Source: Spirochaetota bacterium
Lineage (GTDB): Bacteria > Spirochaetota > UBA4802 > JAFGDQ01
Direction: 5' to 3'
DNA: 28,778 nucleotides
Assembly (NCBI GenBank): GCA_043803405.1
Contig: JAZDKB010000012.1
Location: forward strand, 1 to 28,778
The notes beneath the pieces are model-generated. The model was not told the DNA's origin, ran no database searches, and saw only the letters and a program-made list of their open reading frames with translations. Positions 17,808 through 25,101 of this stretch are shown piece after piece. Position numbers and translations under genes: made by a program. Numbering within the stretch: the first letter of the stretch is position 1; the number at the start of each line of letters is the position of its first letter.

Positions 17808-19604
17808 TTAATCTATCTTCAAAATTGTCATGAAGGCTTCCTGGGGAATGTCGACCGATCCAATTGTCTTCATTCTCTTTTTGCCTTCCTTTTGCTTCTC
17901 CAGAAGTTTTCGTTTTCGTGTAATGTCACCGCCGTAACACTTGGCAGTGACGTTTTTCCTTAAAGCCGAAATGGTTTCCCTTGCTATTATTTTTGCCCCG
18001 ATTGCAGCCTGGAGAGGAATTTTAAACTGGTGCCTCGGTATAACATCCTTGAGCTTTTCGACAAGCTCCCTTCCGCGCGCGAATGCCTTGTCTTTATGCA
18101 CTATGAAGGATAACGCGTCCACCGGTTCGCCGTTGACAAGAATGTCGACTTTCTCCATCTGCGCAGCCCGATAATCTTTAAAATCATAGTCGAATGACGC
18201 GTAACCTTTTGAGCATGACTTCAGCTTATCATAAAAATTAAAAACTATTTCGGAAAGAGGCATATCGTATTTTAATTCCACCCTTTCCGAGGTTATATAA
18301 TCCATGGATTTATGTATTCCCCTTGAGTCCTGCACAAGCGACATTATGTTGCCGACAAATTCCGTAGGTGTAATTATGCTTGCGTCCACATAGGGCTCTT
18401 CTATTTTTTCTATTGACGAAACGTCCGGCATTTTTACCGGGTTGTCGATCATGATCGTTGCCTGTTTTGTCGTGGTGATTTTGTATTCAACCGTAGGTGC
18501 TGTTGTAACGAGTGATAGCCCGAACTCCCGCTCGAGCCTCTCCTGCACGATCTCCTTGTGCAGCAGCCCGAGGTAGCCGCAGCGGAAGCCGAATCCCAGC
18601 GCGTACGAATTATCCGGCTCTGTAAGAAGAGCGGCGTCGTTCAGCTTCAGCTTCATTAGTGCTTCTTTCAGATTCTCGTAATCGTCGCTGTAAATGGGAT
18701 ACAGCCCTGAAAACACAAAAGGTTTTACTTCCTTAAAGCCTTTGAGCGGCTCCGCAGTCGGATTACCCGCAAGCGTTACAGTGTCCCCTATTTTTGTTTC
18801 GCTTACTGATTTTATTCCTGCAGTGATATATCCCACATCGCCGGGATTAAGGCTGGGCTTTTTTTCTCTTTCAAGGCGGAAAAAACCAACCTCTGTTACG
18901 TTAAATTCTTTTTTAGTAGAATATAGCAGAATGGGATCGTCTTTTTTTACACTGCCATCGAACACCCTGACTTTTATAAGCACGCCCATGTACTTGTCAA
19001 AATAAGAATCGAATATCAATGCTTTGAAAGGCTTGTCCGGGTTTCCTTCAGGGGGCGGTATCACTTCGATTAATTTTTCCAGGAGCTCGTCGACACCTGT
19101 TCCCATTCTTGCGGATATTAAAACAGCTTCGTCCGCGTCTAACCCAAGGCTTTTTTCTATGCTTTGCTTTGTTCTTTCTATGTCCGCGTTCTGCATATCG
19201 ATCTTGTTTATTACAGGGAGTATTACCAGGTTGTTTTCGAGCGCGAGATACATGTTCGCTATTGTCTGCGCTTCGACGCCCTGGGTTGCATCCACGAGCA
19301 GAAGCACGCCTTCGCATGCGCCAAGCGCCCTTGAAACTTCGTAAGTGAAATCGACATGGCCGGGAGTGTCAATCAGGTTAAGGATATATTCATCGCCGCT
19401 TTTTGAAATGTAATTAAGCGTGATTGTATTTGTCTTTATGGTTATTCCGCGCTCTTTTTCAATGTCCATGCTGTCCATAAGGAGCTCGGCATGCCTTCCC
19501 GGGTCGACAAGCTTGCATTTTTCTATTATGCGGTCGGCAAGAGTCGATTTCCCATGGTCGATGTGTGCTATAATTGAGAAGTTACGTATTTTTTTTAAAT
19601 CCAT
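17808..19604 (-). CDS. lepA: Elongation factor 4 (LepA)
   Basis: [75 protein letters not shown]. Confidence 0.99.
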   Translation of the reverse strand: MDLKKIRNFSIIAHIDHGKSTLADRIIEKCKLVDPGRHAELLMDSMDIEKERGITIKTNTITLNYISKSGDEYILNLIDTPGHVDFTYEVSRALGACEGVLLLVDATQGVEAQTIANMYLALENNLVILPVINKIDMQNADIERTKQSIEKSLGLDADEAVLISARMGTGVDELLEKLIEVIPPPEGNPDKPFKALIFDSYFDKYMGVLIKVRVFDGSVKKDDPILLYSTKKEFNVTEVGFFRLEREKKPSLNPGDVGYITAGIKSVSETKIGDTVTLAGNPTAEPLKGFKEVKPFVFSGLYPIYSDDYENLKEALMKLKLNDAALLTEPDNSYALGFGFRCGYLGLLHKEIVQERLEREFGLSLVTTAPTVEYKITTTKQATIMIDNPVKMPDVSSIEKIEEPYVDASIITPTEFVGNIMSLVQDSRGIHKSMDYITSERVELKYDMPLSEIVFNFYDKLKSCSKGYASFDYDFKDYRAAQMEKVDILVNGEPVDALSFIVHKDKAFARGRELVEKLKDVIPRHQFKIPLQAAIGAKIIARETISALRKNVTAKCYGGDITRKRKLLEKQKEGKKRMKTIGSVDIPQEAFMTILKID

Positions 19605-19812
19605 ATCTATTAAATTTTAAATACTTTTATTTAGAGTAAGTCACCAAACCTTTTAGTTTATCGTAATCCGGGACAATATACAGGTTTTGGGACGCGGTTT
19701 TTTTTTAGTTTTCCGGTTGAGAATAGGTAATACCTGCCACAGATAAATATGTGCAAGCATTTTTTTGATATTATCTATATTATTGAACAAAACAATGCAA
19801 TATCTTTCTTTC

Positions 19813-19826
19813 TTGACTTAAGTCAA
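19813..19826. promoter_or_regulatory. Perfect 14-bp palindrome resembling a Crp/Fnr-family box
   Basis: TTGAC-TTAA-GTCAA, same geometry as the FNR/Dnr TTGAT-N4-ATCAA box, ~120 bp upstream of the oxidase-like operon. TTGACT could also be a -35 with TATTAT at 19837-19842. Confidence 0.65.
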
Positions 19827-19943
19827 TGTGCGCTGATATTATAAAGCATAAGTACTTCTTGCCATAGCTATAAATTTTGTATTTTTTGCAGAATTTTACG
19901 CATTCGATAAAATATCATACAACATTTTTTTAAGGAGGGATTT

Positions 19944-20492
19944 ATGGTTGACTCGATAATTGTCCTCTGGGGACAGACAATCGCGTACACGTTGTATGCT
20001 GTTGCTATCATGTCTGTTGTCGGGTGGTTCGGGTACAGGGTTACGAAAAAAGGGAATGGCAGGGAGTTCAAGCCGGCAATCTTTTATGCCTTCGTTGCTT
20101 TTCTTATCATTGTAGGCGTATCGCTGCACCTCATTACGCACGCGACAATACCATGGAAACCGGTCGACCTTAACCGGCAGTCGGTAATAACTGACAGGAC
20201 ATTCGGCATCAGTATTATAGATCATAAATTTATTTTACCGAAAGAAAGAATATATATAAAAAAAGGTGATGTTGTCAGGTTCAATGTTACATCCGATGAC
20301 CTGACTTACGGATTCGGATTATTCCGAAAGGATAACACAATGGTTTTTCAGATGCAGGTGCTGCCGGGGTATGTAAACGATATTGTGTGGCATTTCGACA
20401 AGCCGGGCATTTACTCAATACGGTCAACCGAGTATTCCGGCCCTAAAGGCATTGGAATGATGGAGAAGGATGCGGTTGAGGTTGCCGACTGA
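19944..20492 (+). CDS. Heme-copper oxidase subunit II-like protein lacking the CuA site
   Basis: Two N-terminal TM helices then a cupredoxin-like domain (IYIKKGDVVRFNVTSDDLTYGF, VLPG, FDKPGIY). The CuA motif reads RSTEYSGPKGIGM instead of CxExCGxxHxxM, and the protein has no Cys. Confidence 0.88.
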   Translation: MVDSIIVLWGQTIAYTLYAVAIMSVVGWFGYRVTKKGNGREFKPAIFYAFVAFLIIVGVSLHLITHATIPWKPVDLNRQSVITDRTFGISIIDHKFILPKERIYIKKGDVVRFNVTSDDLTYGFGLFRKDNTMVFQMQVLPGYVNDIVWHFDKPGIYSIRSTEYSGPKGIGMMEKDAVEVAD

Positions 20493-20540
20493 TTATGAAG
20501 TCCGGCAGATATTATTTTAATAAACATAAGGAATAATATT

Positions 20541-22163
20541 ATGAATTTTATACAAACTTTAATAAAAGGCGAGCAGGGATTATTTAAGCCCGGTTCCCTG
20601 ACCCCTATGCAGAAAATGACTCTTAGATTTGTAGTAGTGGGCCTTTTGTATTACGGACTTGCTCTTACCGAAGGTATGATAATGAGAGTATACCTTGTGA
20701 AGCCCTTTGATCTTATTCCGCCTCCGCAGTTTTATGCGATTCTGACAGCTCACCCGCTCATCGGGATTTTCGGATCAACCTATTCGATTGTATTCGGCGC
20801 GTTTTTATTTCTTGTGCCTTTTCTTATGAAAAAGCCGCTTTGGAGCATTAAGCTTGCGGGCTGGACGTGCGGGCTTGTGGCAACAGGAACTTTCGTTTTC
20901 TGGTTCTCGGGATTTATTACGCACTATGCGCCGCTGTACACTTTGTACTGGCCGCTTCCCGCGGACTTTACGCAGTTCAGCGTATGGGGCGGGACTTTCT
21001 TTATTGCCGGCATTGCTGTAGTGATGATCGGCACGATTTGCTTCGTTATCAATATCTTTAAAACAATAACATACACGCCCGCGGGTGCTTCAAAACAGCC
21101 CGCGGGCGCGCTTCTTTCTTCCGCGCTTGGCCTTAGCGGTCTCAGGAATCTTTTTTCGAAAAATAAAAAAGAGCATCTTGTTTCGTTGCCCGTGGCTGCA
21201 ATAGCCCGCGGCACTGTGGACACTCTGTTTAACTCTGCCGTGATTACTTTTACAGGAGTGCTTATACTCATTTACATGATAGCAGAGATACTCGGGTTCA
21301 GCTTAAAGCATTCCGCGATCGATGCTTTACTGTACAAGAACTGGTTCTGGTGGGGGCTGGATCTTATTGCGGACGGCCTTGTGCTCATCTATGTTGCAGG
21401 CACATGGTACCTGCTCGCAACGCTTATTACAGGCAAAAAGCTGTTTATGGAAAACATAGCTCGCGCAGCCCTTTTAGTGGAACTCGTGGTTTCATGGACA
21501 GTATGGTCCCATCACCTGATGTCCGACCAGGCGCAGCCGGGCATACTCAAGGTCGTGTCCGGTGAAATGGTCACGGCATTCGAACTTATTACGCAGGGGC
21601 TCGCGTTCTTTATAACGCTTGTAACGCTGTGGAGCGCGCGGCCGCTTAAGATGACGAACCCGCTTAAGTTTTTACTGGGCGGGCTTCTCGGATTTGCCAT
21701 GGCTGTTCCCGCAGGCATTATACAGGCCGATCTCGGCCTTAACCGCATTCTGCATAATACGCAGTGGATCGTGGGGCCGCATGTACATGTCGCGGTTCTT
21801 GTGGGACTTACAATGACCCTTTACTCGGCCATATATTATCTGCTGCCTTTACTGACAAACGGCGCAAAGCTTTACAGCGAAAAGCTGGCGAACATTCATT
21901 TCTGGGCGCATCTGTTGGGCGGTATAGGCATGGGCGCGTTCATGGGCATGGCAGGCCTGCGGGGAATGCTCCGGCGCAATATCTGTTTTGACGGGGAGTT
22001 TACCGGATTTATGGTGCTTGCCGCGCTTGCGGGATGCCTTCTTTTACTCGGATTCCTTGCGTTCTTTATTAATATTGTAATGACACTCGGGATTAACGGA
22101 GTTGTCGGTATTTTTATGCCGTCTAAGCTTAAGACCAGCGAACTTCTGCCCGGGAAGAAGTAA
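20541..22163 (+). CDS. Heme-copper oxidase superfamily subunit I with non-canonical active site (putative gNOR-like nitric oxide reductase)
   Basis: 540-aa multi-TM protein with H71 (helix II), YTLYWPL loop, VWSHH (H324/H325), HNTQWIVGPHVH (H414/H416) and GMLRR. Helix VI reads WWGLDLIAD, with D274 and D278 at the His and Tyr positions. Superfamily call is firm; the NOR function is inference. Confidence 0.88.
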   Translation: MNFIQTLIKGEQGLFKPGSLTPMQKMTLRFVVVGLLYYGLALTEGMIMRVYLVKPFDLIPPPQFYAILTAHPLIGIFGSTYSIVFGAFLFLVPFLMKKPLWSIKLAGWTCGLVATGTFVFWFSGFITHYAPLYTLYWPLPADFTQFSVWGGTFFIAGIAVVMIGTICFVINIFKTITYTPAGASKQPAGALLSSALGLSGLRNLFSKNKKEHLVSLPVAAIARGTVDTLFNSAVITFTGVLILIYMIAEILGFSLKHSAIDALLYKNWFWWGLDLIADGLVLIYVAGTWYLLATLITGKKLFMENIARAALLVELVVSWTVWSHHLMSDQAQPGILKVVSGEMVTAFELITQGLAFFITLVTLWSARPLKMTNPLKFLLGGLLGFAMAVPAGIIQADLGLNRILHNTQWIVGPHVHVAVLVGLTMTLYSAIYYLLPLLTNGAKLYSEKLANIHFWAHLLGGIGMGAFMGMAGLRGMLRRNICFDGEFTGFMVLAALAGCLLLLGFLAFFINIVMTLGINGVVGIFMPSKLKTSELLPGKK

Positions 22164-22227
22164 AGCGAGACTGATTTTATAATATTTGCGCTGGAACGGT
22201 ATGTTAATAAAAAGCGTTCTATAAAGC

Positions 22228-22255
22228 AAAACCGGCGGGATGTCCCGCCGGTTTG
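22228..22255. terminator. Bidirectional intrinsic terminator
   Basis: AAACCGGCGGGA-TG-TCCCGCCGGTTT between the convergent oxidase operon and the TA pair. Confidence 0.8.
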
Positions 22256-22336
22256 TTAAGATGGTAAAACAATATTTAAAAATAATTGAATTAGCGGCCG
22301 TATGCGGCTTTCTGCATGAGAAATATATTGATTTTT

Positions 22337-22567
22337 CTAACAGGCTTTTTTTACTAATTCTTCGATTTCGTGCCCGTATTCGGAAAAGTTCAATACGGTA
22401 AAACCGATAATTTCACCGCTCTTTGGATTGAATCGAATAAGCAAATCTTCACCCGTATCGAGCACTTCGCCTTCTGCCGGCTCCCCGAAAGAAACATAAA
22501 GAACATCTGCTTCTTCATCAAAAAAGCTTGAAACTGTTTTACCTGCTGGCAGCTTTACTTTTTCCAT
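22337..22567 (-). CDS. DUF2283 domain protein (putative antitoxin)
   Basis: FDEEADVLYVSF, LLIRFNPKSGEIIGFTVLNF pattern typical of DUF2283; small and acidic; overlaps the upstream gene by 13 bp. Confidence 0.85.
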   Translation of the reverse strand: MEKVKLPAGKTVSSFFDEEADVLYVSFGEPAEGEVLDTGEDLLIRFNPKSGEIIGFTVLNFSEYGHEIEELVKKAC

Positions 22568-22866
22568 ATTATTTTCCTTTTAAAAGAAGGTCTTCTTGTA
22601 AAATATACCGTTAATATAAAACCTTTATCTAAAGATATATTCTTATACACAACAATGCAATATTTATTTTCCGATACAGGTGTCTTGGCGAACTTTTTAA
22701 TCGATAATTTTTCGCCCCTGCTGCCTTCCTGAATATAATCCGGGTCAGTTATGGTATCATTAACAATTTTTTCCTGATGCATGGTCTCCGGATGTTTATT
22801 GTTTATATGCTTCCATCTTTCCGGCGATAAATTTATTTCTTTTCCCTGGTAATCTGTATAAAGCAT
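22555..22866 (-). CDS. PBECR/RelE-fold-like putative nuclease toxin
   Basis: 103-aa basic protein with INLSPERWKHI..KHPE, DPDYI, KYCIVV, GFILTVY; coupled to a DUF2283 gene. Confidence 0.7.
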   Translation of the reverse strand: MLYTDYQGKEINLSPERWKHINNKHPETMHQEKIVNDTITDPDYIQEGSRGEKLSIKKFAKTPVSENKYCIVVYKNISLDKGFILTVYFTRRPSFKRKIIWKK

Positions 22867-22983
22867 TTTTAAATTAAGTTATCCCTTTGAGTATAGGCAA
22901 CGTATATATTATATTTTTAAATTTTTTTTAATGTTAAAACATAGTAAGATATTATGTAAAGAAAACAATCATTTTTTAAAAAT

Positions 22984-23010
22984 AAAACCGGCGGGGTGAG
23001 CGCCGGTTTG
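22984..23010 (-). terminator. Intrinsic terminator for the lipoprotein gene
   Basis: AAACCGGCG-GGGTGAG-CGCCGGTTT with a T-rich tail on the minus strand, ~30 bp after the stop at 23037. Confidence 0.75.
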
Positions 23011-23036
23011 GATAATGTAAACCAAGTAAAATGTTG

Positions 23037-24740
23037 CTATCTGCTTATTGTAAACTTAGTATCTAATTTATAGTTTACAGATGTTACACTTGCAGCACCA
23101 GGTATGCCTTCTCCCATTTGGCCTGGATACCTTGTAGCATTAATTGCGGATCTTGACACATTAAAGGATATTCCAGATCCGGAAGAAGCTGTTGTTCCCA
23201 TCCATACAGCAAGATTGCTTTTCCCGTCGTATGCAAAAGGCATAGATAATGGGATTTCAATCCAGTCACCTTTAATGAAACCCGCAGGTACTGTAACAGT
23301 ACTGTTTACTGCTGTTAGTTGGCTTACAAAATCTAATGCCGGATCAGTGTTAAGTGTATCTAATGGGCAATGACCTATGATTAGTTTAAAGTTTGCAAAG
23401 CTTGTTGCACTTGTAGTGATATTGTCATTCAGACGGCAGGAAATTGATGTAATAGTACCAGTAGTACCTAATTCGGAAGCACGGTATAGGTTTATCCTTC
23501 CATTGGGAGTTTGGCCAAATATAAATCCGGTATCATCACCTTCGTCCGTAATCACATCCACAGTCCCGCCGTAGAAACGGAATTTGATTGCATATAAGAC
23601 ATCGCTAACAGTTCCAGTATTGTCTCCAACTGCAGCGTATAATCTCCTTCCTGTAACCGTATTATACAACCTGAAAAGATTGTGACTTGGCGCGGTAACC
23701 TCGATCTGAATAATAAGATTATTCGTTCCATTGTAGTTAAATGTTCCGTCCGGAATGGGAATCCAGACGAATTCACCGGTCGGAACTCCATTGGGCACGA
23801 CAACATTGACCGCACTGGCAACGGTGACTGGCTCCCCGACGTTAAAATTACCGGCAAATGAGTCGGTCAGAGCCGTAAGGTTAGTATGCCCCATTCTGAC
23901 ATTAACGGTATATGTCCGCTCCTCTGTTACTGCTAAGACCGGAAAAGCCATACCGGTAATCGGCCCGGAACCATTGATCTCGCTTGCCAGGTACAGCTGT
24001 TGCACCTTTTGTCCGCTCAAAGCCGTGGTAAATGGGTATGAATTACTGCTGCCGGAAGAAGAAATAGCTGTATTATCCCCGCCCGCGAACGCAAACTTAG
24101 TATGAGGAACGTTTAGACTAGTGGTGCCAGTATCCGGATCCAAACTATCATCAGAATATACTTGAGCAGTATATGTTGTTGTTCCTTGTCCGATAGTTAC
24201 CTGCACCACCTGCGAACATGCAACAGTACGGGTAAAATCTATAACAAGATTGTCAATCCCATTATAGTTAAATTGCGTGCTTAATGGTATTTCAAAATAA
24301 TCACCGGCATTTCCAGCTGGTACTGTAACAGTTGCATTATTTAAAACCGTTATAGCCGATCCTTTATCCTTAATATTTGTAGTCATATCAGTGGCTAAGT
24401 CTGTTACAGTTACATTTGTGTGGGCAAGTTTAATTGTAACATTAGGGCACGTCGTTGCAGATAGCATGGTCTCATTACGTTTAAAATATATTGATTTTAT
24501 ATAGCCCGCTCCTGCAACATCAGCTGGTTTGTACAATAATTGATAATGACGGAAGGCATTTGTGCCGAATATTCCCACATTGTAGTTAGTTGATACACTC
24601 AATGCTACTTCTTTCGTAAACGTCCCCGCGGGCGTTCCGCCGCCTCCGCCGCTGTCGCTGCTGCCTCCGCCGCAGGCTGTGAAGATAAGCGCCAGCGTAG
24701 TAATAAGCATTGCAAAAATTGCCTTTAACAAATTTTTCAT
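23037..24740 (-). CDS. Lipoprotein with three tandem ~170-aa beta-rich repeat domains, function unknown
   Basis: Signal MKNLLKAIFAMLITTLALIFTA-C, Gly/Ser linker, three repeats of LYxxxE/D..G.I....I/VxxxH....IP....FxYxGxxNL; GGAGG RBS. Confidence 0.85.
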   Translation of the reverse strand: MKNLLKAIFAMLITTLALIFTACGGGSSDSGGGGGTPAGTFTKEVALSVSTNYNVGIFGTNAFRHYQLLYKPADVAGAGYIKSIYFKRNETMLSATTCPNVTIKLAHTNVTVTDLATDMTTNIKDKGSAITVLNNATVTVPAGNAGDYFEIPLSTQFNYNGIDNLVIDFTRTVACSQVVQVTIGQGTTTYTAQVYSDDSLDPDTGTTSLNVPHTKFAFAGGDNTAISSSGSSNSYPFTTALSGQKVQQLYLASEINGSGPITGMAFPVLAVTEERTYTVNVRMGHTNLTALTDSFAGNFNVGEPVTVASAVNVVVPNGVPTGEFVWIPIPDGTFNYNGTNNLIIQIEVTAPSHNLFRLYNTVTGRRLYAAVGDNTGTVSDVLYAIKFRFYGGTVDVITDEGDDTGFIFGQTPNGRINLYRASELGTTGTITSISCRLNDNITTSATSFANFKLIIGHCPLDTLNTDPALDFVSQLTAVNSTVTVPAGFIKGDWIEIPLSMPFAYDGKSNLAVWMGTTASSGSGISFNVSRSAINATRYPGQMGEGIPGAASVTSVNYKLDTKFTISR

Positions 24741-25017
24741 ACATCCTCCTGATTATTTTTATTATATTTTCTTAAGCTGTTTTAAAGAGCTTTTGTTTTT
24801 TATCCGGATCGGATAAATATATGATCTGATAATCCGAACGATAAATTTTTGTTCTCCTTATATTGTAGTCCCGGTTTTGCCAGAATCGTCACAAAAAAAA
24901 GTTAAACTTTTCTGTATTTGATTATTAGCGTTATTTACACCCTGATCGTAACATGAAAAATTTGCGGGAACAGGACATTGTGTCCTGTTTTTAATGCCGG
25001 AGTTATTAAATGAATTT

Positions 25018-25067
25018 GTAACTGCTCAGCTAAATCCGGATATCTCTACGAAAACTTGAGCAGTTAC
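25018..25067. mobile_element. 50-bp minimal MITE
   Basis: Perfect TIR GTAACTGCTCA / TGAGCAGTTAC flanked by ATGAATTT (25010-25017) and ATAAATTT (25068-25075), a 7/8 matching putative target-site duplication. Confidence 0.6.
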
Positions 25068-25101
25068 ATAAATTTACAGAAAAATAATCTGCGTAATTTC
25101 C

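Noticed and set aside
19944..22163. Ordinary cytochrome c oxidase, or a decayed pseudogene of one
   Set aside because: The CuA ligands and helix-VI His/Tyr are absent, so it is not canonical. Both frames are intact and the other heme/metal ligands are kept, so the changes look targeted rather than decayed.
22228..23025. Integron attC sites around the TA pair
   Set aside because: The hairpins lack matching RYYYAAC/GTTRRRY boxes and look like Rho-independent terminators; no integrase is present.
24780..24900. Possible small gene or c-di-GMP riboswitch upstream of the 567-aa lipoprotein (minus-strand GGCAAAACC and AAGGAG)
   Set aside because: No start codon follows the RBS-like sequence, and the second GEMM hairpin and GCAAA elements are missing.
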